From the NCBI GenBank assembly GCA_964016885.1, contig OZ024742.1:4278001-4342000 (forward strand): a stretch of 64,000 nucleotides of DNA, given 5' to 3'. The position numbers and the translations under genes are program-made. Each line of letters opens with the position of its first letter. The stretch's first letter is position 1. Positions 12,302 to 24,727 of this stretch are shown here, piece by piece. Under the pieces are notes generated by a model. That model ran no database searches. It was not told the origin of the DNA and worked only from the letters and a program-made list of their open reading frames with translations. The DNA comes from Eledone cirrhosa. Lineage: Eukaryota.

Positions 12302-14978
12302 CGACAACAGAAGAGGACTATCCTCAGGAGAAAAGTATGGAAATTAAAGGACCCCGCAGCCAGTAATAAATTTAAAAGCATATTACTTGATAGTAAGGAA
12401 GAGTAATTAGAGTCGTACAATATAGAGGAACAGTGGGAATTCCTGAAAGCTAACCTGCTGAAGGCGACAGATGAAACCTGTAGCTGGAGGAGGCCTATAG
12501 GCAGGAGGAGAGTAACTTGGTGGTGGAACAGTAAGGTGGAGAGGTCAATCAAGGCCAAAAAGCAGGCTTTGAAAGCATGGCGGGATGGGGGAAGTAGAGA
12601 AGACTATCAAGTGGCCAGGAGGGAAGCTAGGAGACAAGTGTACTTCGCAAGAAGGGAAGCAGAGGAATGAAAGTTCAAGCATGTTCTACAACGCGAGGAC
12701 TAAAAACGTGAGGTGTTCATGATTGCTAGGCAATGTGTCAAGGAAAACAGTGATATTGTCTGGGAGAAGTGTGTCCTAAATGATGATGGTGTACTTGCCA
12801 TCACTGACGCTGATAAGAAGGTAGCTTGGAAGTGTCACTACGAAAGGCTACTAAATGAGGGGAATAATTGGGAGAAAGACAGTCTCCCCCACATCGACCC
12901 AATAGAGTGACCAACAGTGCAAGTTGAAGGTAGTATAATAAGTAAGGCGATCAAAGACATGAAGACGAGCAAGGCGGCCGGGCCTTCGGAAATAGTTGCC
13001 GAAATGCTGAAAGCATCTGGAACGGTGGGACACACTATGGTCACCCGGATAGTAAACCAAGTCATACAGAATGGGGTCGTTCCGAAGGACTGGCGCAGCA
13101 GCATCATCATTAACTGCTACAAGGGTAAAGGTGATGCCCTAGATAGGGGAAACTATAGAAGCATTAAATTAATTGACCAGGTCATGAAGGTCACAGAAAA
13201 AGTAATAACGCAACTAATCAGAGAGCGAATTGATCTAGGCGAAATGCAATTCGGGTTTGTGTCAGGTAAAAGTACAACAGACGCTCTTTTCATTGTACGA
13301 CAACTACAGGAGAAGTACCTAGCTAAAAGTAAACCCCTATACTTAGCTTTTGTTGACTTGGAGAAAGCCTTTGACAGAGTACCCGCTCGATTATCTGGTG
13401 GGCCCGTAGAAAACTAGGTGTTGATGAATGGCTTGTGAGAGCTATACAAGCCATGTATAAAGAAAAAGTCAGCAAGGTTAGAATTAACAACGAATATAGT
13501 GAAGAGTTTAGCGTAAAAGTTGGTGCTAATCAGGGCTCCGTCCTTAGCCCCCTACTATTTATTATTGCCCTTCAGGCTATAACAGAGGAGTTCAAGACCG
13601 GCTGCCTATGGGAACTCCTATATGTAGATGATCTAACGCTCATAGCTGAATCAATGGCTGAACTAGAGAAGAAATTCCAAACATGGAAGCATGGCCTAGA
13701 ATCAAAAGGCCTTAAAGTTAACTTGTCTAAGACTAAAGTTCTAGTTTGTAGGAAGGAAAATAGGGCACCGGTCCCATCTGGGAGATGGCCATGCTCAGTG
13801 TGTAGGAAAGGAGTAGGTAGACACTCCATTTTATGTCCCAAATGCAAAGTATGGGTACATAAAAGATGTAGTGGGATCACAGGTAAGCTAACTAAGAATA
13901 TAGATTTAATATGTGGCCGGTGCTCTGGTGCAATAAGTAGCAGCAAGTGCCCACCGAATACTAACTCATTCCATTGCACAGATGGTTTTATAGAAATAGT
14001 GGACAGCTTCCGTTACCTGGGTGACAAAATCAGCAGTGGAGGAGGGTGCTCTGAAAGTACAGTAGCTAGAGTCAGAACGGGATGGAAAAATGTCAGAGAG
14101 CTTATACCACTATTGGCCGCTAAAGGATTCTCTCTAAAAATGAAAGGAAGGCTGTATGATGCCTGCATACGAACAGCAATGTTACATGGCAGTGAGACCT
14201 GGGCATTGTGTGCAGAGGATATACGCAGACTGGAGAGAAACGAAGCTTGCATGCTCCGCTGGATGTGTAATAGTAATATACGTGAACGGCAAAGCATAAA
14301 CGAACTAAGGGAGAAATTAGGAATAAGAGGGATCAGATGTTGTTTACTAGAGAGAAGACTACGTTGGTATGGTCACGTGATGCGCATGAAAGACGACAGT
14401 TGTATAAAAAAGTGAAGGGCAATAAAAATAGACGGTAGCCACGGAGTAGGCAGACCCAGAAAAACCTGGGACGACTTGATAAATTCCGACCTCACACACT
14501 TACACCTCTCCAAGACAATGTCACTGGACCGAGATCTTTGGCGCTACACAGTAATAGAGAAGACCCGCCTTACCTAAGTGCAAAGTGAGACCTACTACAG
14601 TCAGTAGGCACCTCTAACAAAATACACCCCAGTCCCACTACCCCCGCCCCATCCACACCACCCCTTTCAATGTAAAGTTATGTTGGTACCACAACACCCA
14701 GCCCGAAACAAATGAAGTCGTGTAGGTGTCACGACAAAAAAAATCACACAGTCCACGCTGTAATTTGGCCGTGTAGGTAACACGGTAAAAACCTCCCAGT
14801 TCCACACTGTAAATGTGGTTGGTGTTAGGAAGGGCATCCAGCCGTAGAAAACCCGCCAGACAGTCCTATGCGAGCAAGACAACCACTCTTGCGTCAAATG
14901 TGAAAACTCCCGTCCAAACCCATGCAAACGTGGCATATGGACGTTAAACGATGATGATGATGATGATGATGATGATGA
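12302..14978 (+). mobile_element. RTE-clade LINE, 5'-truncated, related to 7037-9971
   Basis: ORFs 12917..13417 and 13435..14415 (NYRSIKL, DLEKAFD, QGSVLSP, LYVDD, FRYLG); tail ggacgttaaac(gat)n. Confidence 0.95.
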
Positions 14979-14981
14979 TAT

Positions 14982-15440
14982 AATTAGAATTGCTGCTCTG
15001 AAATAGCTATATGAATGTATAGTGTATTTTGCAATACACTGTATGCTTAATTAAAAGCATTTCGAAGACCGTATGCTATTGTTTTAGAGTAGTGACAGAC
15101 TCACTTACTTTAATTTTCAGTAAACAGGGGGAGATAAAGCTGTCAAGGCCTTGTTTCGAATTTATTGATGCTTATCAAAGCCAACTACTCCTCCTGTCTG
15201 CTGAAATCATGGATGTTTGGTTTTTATAGAATTCTAGTAAATAATCAGGAACTGATTATACAGATCGGTTGCCGGTCAAGCAGAAATTGAAAATTAGAAT
15301 TGGTGCTCTGAAATAGCTATATATATATGAATGTATATATAGTACATTTTGCAATACACTATATGCTTAATTAAAAGCATTTGAAAATGCTTTTAATTAA
15401 GCATACAGTGTATTGCAAAATACACTATATATACATTCAT
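14982..15440. repeat. 310-bp unit with terminal direct repeat and an adjoining palindrome; diverged relative at about 63620-63873
   Basis: aattagaatt...aaaagcattt at 14982 and 15292; about 15326-15440 folds back on itself. Confidence 0.7.
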
Positions 15441-15459
15441 ATATATATATATATATGTA

Positions 15460-15491
<32 letters not shown>

Positions 15492-15492
15492 A

Positions 15493-15526
<34 letters not shown>

Positions 15527-15535
15527 ATATACATG

Positions 15536-15702
<167 letters not shown>

Positions 15703-15877
15703 TATCCCGATGTCTTCCAAAAGTAACGGTTGCATTTTGAAAGTGTATGTCAATATTTATTTATAAAACTGGTATATATTGTATTTTGTCTGATTGAAGC
15801 ATACCATAATTTAACATGGTATCCTGTATAATAAAATAGATATGGTTTTATAAATATAGTTTCCATTTGTTAATATC

Positions 15878-15930
<53 letters not shown>

Positions 15931-16088
15931 CGTGTGTGTATATTTATATATGTTTGAAGGTTCACCACTGGATAGAGCTGGTCAATTCCGTATGGTCAAT
16001 CTTCATGTAATAATATGGAGAGTATATATGTATATATATATATGTGTGTGTGTATGTGTGTGAATGTGTCTGTTGACAACTGGAATAT

Positions 16089-16570
16089 AGCTTAAGAGAA
16101 ACATGACAATAATGATATGATAGGCACCCAATATTTTGAACTGGTTTATAGAATTCTCTTGACTTTGTCACTCTAAGTAGAGCTTTAACGAATTAGCTTT
16201 TAAAGAAATTTCCTTTTCTTTAAATCCATCAACCATGACCGACCCCAACGATCTTATAGACACCTGAAATATAGGCATTGTTAGCTTAAGAGAAACTTAA
16301 AAATAAGGAGTGGCACCCCATTCTGAACTTGTTTATAGAATTATTTTTGCCTTTGTCACACTGAATATAAATTATAGCCTTAAAGAATTAGCTGTTAATG
16401 AATTCCCTTTTCTTTCAACCAATGACCTCCACCCATCCCACTCTCCACCCTCTCCTACCACCTGAAAAGATATAAATACCACATTTATTTTTGGAAAGCC
16501 AGATTCCTGATGATTTCTAAAGAATGAAACAGTTCTAGTCCTGTAGAATCTCATCTACATTAAAACTTTT
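16089..16570 (+). mobile_element. Non-coding element with 194-bp internal duplication and 3' hammerhead
   Basis: agcttaagagaaac at 16089 and 16283; 3' part matches the reverse complement of 10291-10440. Confidence 0.65.
16501..16551 (+). ncRNA. Type I hammerhead ribozyme, GUA site
   Basis: agattc CTGATGA tttctaaagaat GAAAC ag ttctagtc ct GTA gaatct; 6-bp stem I, 4-bp stem III. Confidence 0.85.
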
Positions 16571-16724
16571 ATACTCTGCTATGTTTTGAGTAGCTTACAT
16601 CCGATTCAACCTGGAATAACTTACCTTATATATATATATATATATATAGTGTGTATAGTAAAAATATTGAGTGCTAATTTTGGCATACCGCCTATGGAAG
16701 CACCATAGCTGCCATTATACACGC

Positions 16725-16760
<36 letters not shown>

Positions 16761-16789
16761 GAAAAAGTGGAGAATAACATGGTCAACAG

Positions 16790-17130
16790 TACAAAAAAGG
16801 AGATTTATTTACAGTCTAACAATTGTTTCACTGATAGTGTTGTCTAAACATTGCTAAACAATGAAAGTAGTGCCACTCAATTTATAATACATGCTGTCCT
16901 ATCATATGTTCAGAAACCGTGGAAAAATATATATGCAACCGGCAGATTTAGAAATTCAAAATTGAATTTGTAAATTTGCCGGTTGCATATATATTTTTCG
17001 ACGGTTTCTGAAGATATGATGGAGACAGCATGTATTCAATTGAGTGGCACTACTTTCAGTATTTAGCAATTTTTAGACAACTCTATCAGTGAAACAATTT
17101 TTAGACTGTAAATAAATCTCCCTTTTTTTG
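16790..17130. mobile_element. Near-perfect 340-bp palindromic element, each arm with a long-stem-II hammerhead motif
   Basis: Centre near 16960; acggttt CTGAAGA ...73 nt... GAAAC aatt GTT agactgt (consensus of the two arms). Confidence 0.75.
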
Positions 17131-18040
17131 TGGTCATATATTGACCGGTGTGTTCAGATATTAACCGGTCAATATATGAACACAAAAACTGGAAAAATAT
17201 TCCCAAATGCAAATATGAACTGCATAAGCAGAAATCTAATTTACTGCATTAAATGCCCGAATTGTGAAGAACTATATGTCGGTCAAACTGGAAATGCACT
17301 ATCGGAACGTGCACGGGTGCACCGACAGCAAATCAGAGACCCAAATTTACGTCAGATATCCCTAAGTAACCATCTAGCAACATGTGGTCAGAGAATATTT
17401 ATAATATTTCCATTCTACAAATTATACAACCCAAGTGAAATCAAGAGAAAAATCAAAGAAAAGAATTTTATTGATAAATTCCAACTCAAGTTAAACGAAC
17501 AATAATAATGGGGTATTACTCCTACTATCACTATGACTACGACCATGTCTTGTAGACTACCACCACTAACACCACCAACAACAACAATAATAATAAAAGT
17601 GATGTTGATGGTGATGATTACTAGAAAATGCTATTTTCATCATTTCTAAAAATAGCAAAACAATTGATGCTTTGGATAGGGTCAAACAGTAGTCCTTAGA
17701 CATGCTCAACCAACCGTGACGCCAAAACCAATCAGCTTTACTAATCCAGTGAAACTACAAACCGATTGGTCGAAATACAGTATGCAAAATTTAGCATCCT
17801 GTAGCCGCTTTTCACTGTATATAAGGCACAACATTTACCCATCTCATTACAGTTGAAAATTGCAAATTTGACTGTCACCACAGAATATGAACCTGAAGAT
17901 TGCGAAAGCATGAAGGTACGTGTTCAATTAACACTTAACATTTAATATTCTACCATACTATTTCATTCTAATATCATTATACATTTTAAAGGATTGTAAA
18001 TAAAACGAGTAAATCAAAGTTGGAATTCCTTTTATTGATA
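17128..18040 (+). mobile_element. PLE 3' fragment: GIY-YIG ORF 17128..17505 plus 3' UTR
   Basis: NLIYCIKCPNCEELYVGQTG...R...H...E...LN; degenerate HHR at 17888-17926 (tgaac CTGAAGA ttgc gaaa gcat GAAG gtac gt gttca). Confidence 0.82.
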
Positions 18041-18156
18041 TATATACATATATAAGTATTGAAGTTTCCGTTGAAAATTGAAAAGGTCATAGGAGGGTAG
18101 AGTGCTCTATGTAAGTACCAGAGCTAAATTTAATGTATAATAAACAATACAATATA

Positions 18157-18232
18157 ATTACCTCATTACCAGAGGTTTCCCGAATAAGACTAATACGAAA
18201 AACGTCCTCATTCGTTCATCGGACAAAGCAAT
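18157..18232 (-). ncRNA. pLTR hammerhead, U4C core, GUA site
   Basis: attgctttgt CCGATGA a cgaatgagg...tcttattcg g GAAAC ctctg GTA atgaggtaat. Confidence 0.7.
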
Positions 18233-19475
18233 ATAAACCATAGTGAAATATTTGAAAAATCTCCTCAAGAAAGGTAAGAGTTTAACGGGCAAAAAATATA
18301 TAAATAAAAGTAATGCAAGAGATATATAAAAAATGAGGATATATAGTTAGGGTATGTGTATATGTATGTATATACACTCACAAATGTACATATGTGTGTA
18401 TGTACAAATGCATGTGTATGGTGAAAATGTGTGCATAAGTACATATATGAGGGCAAGTATATTTGGGTATGTGTGACAATACGTATATAATATGAGTTGA
18501 AAAAGAAATTGTAAGATAATATAGTTAACACACATCCAGATACAGTTATTAAATATATACACATACGAGTATGAAAGCACGCGTATAAACAGTCACACAC
18601 GCGCGATCACTTATATGCGGAAGATAGAGAGGGAAGGGAGTGTAATAGTAAAAAGAAGTGTCATTCTCGATATATGTATAAAAATGAAACAATATATGAG
18701 AATGAAAAAAAAATGTTTAAATCAAAGAGAAAGTAAGAGGGAGGTGTTATCAATTAACACTAGAAAAAAGAAAACAAACATAGGTACGCACGTACACACA
18801 TATATATATATATAAATATATATACATATAAATACGTACAGACAAAAGAGAATGCATGCGTACATACATACACACGAGGCACGTATATATACATATATAT
18901 ATATCGCCACATGTATATCTAATCACACGTACGTACGCGACTATATATATATATATATATATATATACATACACACCCATACATACATATACACATGCAT
19001 ATATATACATACAAATATACATACATTCACCCACATACACACACACGTATAAATAAGTATGTAAAAAACATAGATATAAAAACACACATATATATACGTA
19101 CGCACGCACGCATACGGAGGCGTTCGTATACATATACAGAACGTATACACACATATGCACACTCACACGCATAGATACAAATTATAAACCAGCCGTATGA
19201 ATAAATGAGTACAAATATAAAATCGGCTTCGAAACAACAGAATATATATGGAGTGGAAAACGCAAGTGACATGTGATATCAGGTGGTGAAAGAAAATGGG
19301 GAAGTAAAATGTGGAATGTGAAGATATTAGGTAAGTGAATCAAAAAGTAGGGGGGGGTCACTGGTTGATGTGAAGTAAAAATAAAAATTAAATTAAAAAT
19401 AAAGTTAAAAATGAAAGTAAATCAGAAAGAGAAGTCTGTAAAGAGGATAATTTAAGGAAAGTGAAGAACAAGAGT

Positions 19476-21598
19476 TTATGGAGGATAAGTATCTGAAAGT
19501 GAGTTAAGTTTATATGAGCTGGAAAGCAAGTGTGATTTCATGTGTGGGCAACCGGCGAAAATTTCTGTTTTTGCATTTAGGCAGGTTTTTGGTGATTTAA
19601 GGTTCTGTAAAATCCAATATTTTTCACTTATGCAGAGTGAGAATCTTCTTGTTCCTCTTGCATATTCTTTAGATTGGTTCAAAATTGACCAATCCAATTT
19701 ATATTAGGTACCTTGGTCTTTCAAATCCCATATTCTGCTAGCCAGAGCTCTTGTAAATCTTTTTTCTGGATGTCGAAAAGATACGACATGTGAGTAATAA
19801 CGCGTTTTGAATTTGTCTTGTGTCATACCCACATATCGTTCGCTGGTGGCTGGTAGGTTGTTGCTGATGGTTGTCACTTTAGCCGCATATACAATGGCTT
19901 TGGTGTTGCATTTACCTCGTAATGGGCATTCACCTTTGACTCTACAGGAGCAATTTTGATGTTCTCTGGGTATTTTCTTATTGATGATATAAGATTTAAT
20001 AGGGGGACCGCAGGAGTAGCTAATTTTGACACAGTTTCTATTGAAAATCTTATAGTATCTATGTGTTCTAGGGAAATGTTTATCTAAGAGCTCTAGGAAT
20101 GTTTTGCCTATATTAGTTTTAACTGCTAAAGAGTAGGGGGTGTGAACCATATTATTTTTCTGTTCCTATTATTATGTTTAAAGGAGTTAGTATTGTTGGG
20201 TATGTACTTAATCGGTTCGCTAAATCCGCTATTTTGAAGGGCTTTATTATAGTAGGGAGATGCCTTATTGAAAATAGCTTCTGAGGAAGAGAGGTTGGAG
20301 ATCCTACGGCTAATATTAGGGATAAGGTTTTAAAAAACTATAGGAGGATGGCAAGAGCCTTTATTTTTATATTTTAAATTTTCATTAGGTTTATGGTACG
20401 GTTTATAAGAAGCAGTAGGCAGATCAAGGTTTATATCTAGAAAATTAACATTGGAAAGGTTAGTATCAATAGTAATTTTGAGATTAAAACTAGCGAAGCT
20501 TTTTATTAAGTCTTTCCTTAACCTATCTAAGTTATGGCTTATGGTGGTATGGGAAAGTATTAGACCATCGTCGCGGTAAAGCCCAAAAATATGGTTAGGG
20601 AATTTCTCTTTAAGTGTGTGTAGGAGGAATAGGCCGACTAAATCACCACTGTCAAAAGAACCTATTGAGACATCGAATGGGTTCTCTGGGTTAGATATTT
20701 TTACCCAAATGTCATTATTAGTAAAAAGTAGAGTGTTTCTAGCATGCAAGATGACATTCTCTTCAATATCAGAAATATTGATAAACTTTCTAGCGAAATT
20801 TAAGGCTTTCCCTAAAAGAGGGTGAGTAATACACGGGTAAAAGTCTACAATGTCAAATTGGGTGAATCTAGAACTATTTTTATCTTTAATATTATTAAAC
20901 CAATGTACTACGGAAGAGCTATTTATCCATTGGAGTAATTCAGACTTACTTCTAATCTGTGTGTTTATATTATTTTTTTTGCTAGCGAGACCGATATAAG
21001 TCTTAGCAGGGTTGATTAATCTACAACTAGGACGATTAATAAAATCAGGTTTGTGATCTTTGAGGGTGATATAGGCATTACGTTTAGCAAGTTTTTCTGT
21101 TCTATTATCTATTTTTAAAACACAGGCAAATTCTTTAGCTTCCTTATTTATATCATTATACGTGTTTATATTAGCTATTTGGTATTTAAAGGTGATGTTA
21201 TCTATTAAGAGTTGGTCATGTAAATTATTATTAACTTCGTATAAGTTTTTAGTTTTGTCGGAGAAAATGAATTTATTTTTAGAGGATTTGAATATTGAAA
21301 TATCATTAGATACTTTAGATTAAAAAGGGTTAGAGTACTTACCAAATGTGATATTGTTGATTAAATTAACTAAGTCTAGTTCAAAAGCGGTCATATCTTT
21401 TACTTGTTGCGGGTATTTATGAGTTTTGATATCAAAATGTTCTGTAGAGTCCGTATTAAAGTGTCCATCGAGAATCAAAGCTTTCCATCTCATTCTTTTA
21501 ACAACTTTCTCTACTTTGTCTATCAGCATTTTCGTGTAGGAAGTGTTAGAAGGTGTTGGGATATTCTTGATAGAGTAATCCAAAGGATATTTATCCAT
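19476..21598 (-). pseudogene. PLE RT plus GIY-YIG polyprotein, disrupted
   Basis: Collinear ORF pieces 21320..21598, 20330..20749, 19704..20150, 19476..19697. Confidence 0.9.
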
Positions 21599-21818
21599 AT
21601 TCAGTATTGGTTTAAAATCCTATTGACTGAAGAGTGCTCGACTTTAAAAGGGCTGGAAGGTGCCACTCTCATAAAAATGTAGAATATGCTACGATCATTC
21701 CCTTGGGAGCTGTATAAGTATTGAAGTTTCCGTTGAAAATTGAAAAAATCATAGGAGTGAAGAGTGCTCTATGTAAGTACCAGAGCTAAATTGAATGTAT
21801 AATAAACAATACAATATG

Positions 21819-21894
21819 ATTACCTCATTGCCAGAGGTTTCCCGAATAAGGCGAATACGAAAAACATCCTCATTCGTTCATCGGACAAGGCAAT
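21819..21894 (-). ncRNA. pLTR hammerhead, U4C core, cleavage triplet reads GCA
   Basis: attgccttgt CCGATGA a cgaatgagg...ccttattcg g GAAAC ctctg GCA atgaggtaat. Confidence 0.6.
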
Positions 21895-21988
21895 TTTATA
21901 TTTATATATATATATATATGAAAGACGTAAAATAAGAAAATTTTAAAAATTAAAAATATATATATATATACATATATATGTGTATATA

Positions 21989-22019
<31 letters not shown>

Positions 22020-22076
22020 GGGAAAAGAACAACCGCGACGGCTGAGCTCAGGCCGTTTCGACCACTGGATCCGAAC

Positions 22077-22167
<91 letters not shown>

Positions 22168-22172
<5 letters not shown>

Positions 22173-22420
22173 AAGAATAACATGGTCAACAGTGCAAGAA
22201 GGGTTTTATTTACAGTATTAACAATTGTTTCATTGATTAAGTTGTCTAAAAATTGCTAATCACTTGAAGTTGTGTCACTCAATTTTAAATACGATGTATG
22301 CTTTACGAAATCATCAGAAAAACCTCAAGTGATTAACAATTTTTAGACAACTTAATCCATTAAAAATTGTTAATACTGTAAATAAAACCCTTCTTGTGCT
22401 GTTGAACATGTTATTCCTCA
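22168..22420 (-). mobile_element. Fold-back element related to 16790-17130, with long-stem-II HHR at about 22215-22320
   Basis: Arms about 22175-22267 and 22325-22416; minus strand CTGATGA ...79 nt... GAAAC aatt GTT. Confidence 0.72.
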
Positions 22421-22587
22421 CTCTTTCACTATTATTACTTCAACATTAAGTTACATAGGAATTCCCGAGAACTCATAAACTCGGTACCTAAGGAAACCTC
22501 AAAAAACACCGTACGCTAAAACTATCCACAATACGGAGTATTCACAACCTCTAACTAGGTTTTCTATCACGATACCTTGTTATCCAT

Positions 22588-22615
<28 letters not shown>

Positions 22616-22618
<3 letters not shown>

Positions 22619-22641
22619 ATAATAATAAAAATAATAATAAT

Positions 22642-22697
<56 letters not shown>
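22616..22697. repeat. (TAA)n microsatellite, target of R4/Dong-like insertions
   Basis: Direct reading; more (TAA)n at 24223-24260, 24702-24728 and 28245-28281. Confidence 0.97.
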
Positions 22698-22698
<1 letters not shown>

Positions 22699-24222
22699 CA
22701 CCTCCTCTTCATGGACGATCTTAAGCTCTTCGGGAAAAGTGAGAAGGAGTTGGATGTGCTTGTTGACACTGTCCGTATTTTCAGCAGTGATATATGTATG
22801 CAGTTTGGTATTAGTAAATGTGGAGTCATTGTGATGAGGAGGGGTAGGTTGAGCAGAAGTAACGGGATCCAGATACCAACAGGTGAGATGATAAAGGAAA
22901 TTGACTCTGAGGAAGGATACAAGTATTTGGGCGTTCTGGAGGCTGATGGCATAAAGAACAAAAAAATGAAGGAATTGTTAAGAACTGAATACATTCGGAG
23001 AGTAAGGAGCGTATTGAAGTCACATCTGAACAGCAGAAATGCCATAAGCGCAGTAAATTCCCGAGCTGTGTCTATTATTAGTTACAGTGCGGGAATTCTG
23101 AGATGGAATGTTGCTGAACAAAAAGAAATGGATAGGAAGACTAGGAAGCTATTGACTATCTACAACATGTTCCACAAGAGGAGTGATGTCGATAGACTCT
23201 ACCTAAGGAGATCTGAGGGTGGAAGAGGTCTTATCAGCATAGAGGACTGTGTTCAGATGGAGAAAAACAACCTATACAAATACGTGACCTATAGTAAGGA
23301 GCCAATGCTCAGAACTGTACTGAAGGAGGGGACAGTAGGCCAGGGGATGTCCAAGGAGGAAATAACATCAAGGAGGAAGAGCAGCCTTAAGGGAAAATCC
23401 CTTCATAGTACCTTCTTTGAGAAAACTGAATTTAGAGATCCACAGACATGGAACTGGTTGAGAAGAGGAGACCTCAAAAAGGCTACAGAAGGAATGCTAA
23501 TGGCTGCGCAGGAGCAGGCCCTCAAAACGAAGTGGTTGAAGCACCATATTTACAAGGAGGAGGCTAGCCCACTGTGCAGGATCTGTGGAAAGAGAGAGGA
23601 GACTGTGGTTCACATTGTGTCCGAGTGTAAACACCTAGCCCACACCCACTATAAGGGCTGGAGACACGATGTGATGGGCAGGGTGATCCACTGGCACCTG
23701 TGCAAAGTAAACAATTTACCACATTCTGAGAAATGGTATGAGCATAGGCCAGAGGCGGTGATGGAGAACAATCAGATGAAGGTGCTGTGGGATTTTAGGA
23801 TACAGACGGACAAAAAACTGGAACACAATAGACCTGACCTGGTGGTTGTGGACAAAGAAAAAAGATCGTGTCTGATTGTGGATGTGGCCTGCCCTTTCGA
23901 CACGAGAGTGCAAGAGAAGGAGAGGGAGAAAATTAACCGATACCAGGACCTAAAGTGGGAGGTGAAAAGGATTTAGAACTGCCATGAAGTCAAAGTGATC
24001 CCGATTGTCATAGGCGCACTGGGGACTATCTCCAAAAGTTTCCAGGGATGGTTAAAGAAAATCGGCCCCTTCACGCTTTTTGGAACGCTTCAAAACGCAT
24101 GCTTGCTTGGAACAGCAAGAACCCTCCGATACGTCCTGAATATCTGAGGCTGCAGGTAGTGGCTTGATATTCATTCCAACGGACTTTCCAGTTAACCAAC
24201 ATCAATGACTGAGATTCAAGGA
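22696..24222 (+). mobile_element. R4/Dong-like REL non-LTR retrotransposon, 5'-truncated
   Basis: ORF 22711..23976: FMDDLKL, YKYLG, GGRGL, CCHC finger CRIC..H..C, REL motifs RPDLVV..IVDVACP..K..RYQDL. Confidence 0.93.
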
Positions 24223-24230
24223 ATAACAAC

Positions 24231-24259
<29 letters not shown>

Positions 24260-24261
<2 letters not shown>

Positions 24262-24702
24262 TTGAAGGACTTTCAAAGGAGGGTATGCCTGCTAATTGAT
24301 ATGTCTGTTCCAATAGACAAGAATGTATCTATAAAAACATTTGAAAAATTGAGCAAGTATAAGGACCTGGAGATAGAAATTGGAAAAATGTGGAAATTGA
24401 GAACTAAAACAATACCAATGGTTGTAGGCGCTCTGGGAATGATACCTAAGGGGTCTAACGACTACTTATCGCAAATCCCAGGAAACCCGCGTATAGGAGA
24501 AATACAAAAGATAGTACTAATGGGAACTGCCCATATACTAAGGAAGATCCTGTCAATATAAGTACATCACAAGTCTAAACACTAAGGATGCATGTGTGAA
24601 TATGTATGTTCTTTCTTGAACATGGCGGACCTTGTTGTCTCTTGAGGTCACTGGTTGTGACTTGGTGATAACTCGTATAAACATAAAGCAAGATAAAAGC
24701 AA
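24260..24702 (+). mobile_element. 3' fragment of a second R4/Dong-like family
   Basis: LIDMSVP..EKLSKYKDL..MW..IPMVVGALG..GTAHILRKILS; (TAA)n on both sides. Confidence 0.88.
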
Positions 24703-24727
24703 ATAATAATAATAATAATAATAATAA

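Larger units (their letters stand above)
18051..21894 (-). mobile_element. Near full-length Penelope-like element with direct pseudo-LTRs (18051-18232 and 21713-21894)
   Basis: Frameshifted ORF 21598 to 19476: YSIKNIP, GSFD, GLYRDDGL, NFLDINL, C-terminal GIY-YIG (IVYAAKV...YVGMT); about 182-bp direct repeats each holding an HHR. Confidence 0.93.
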
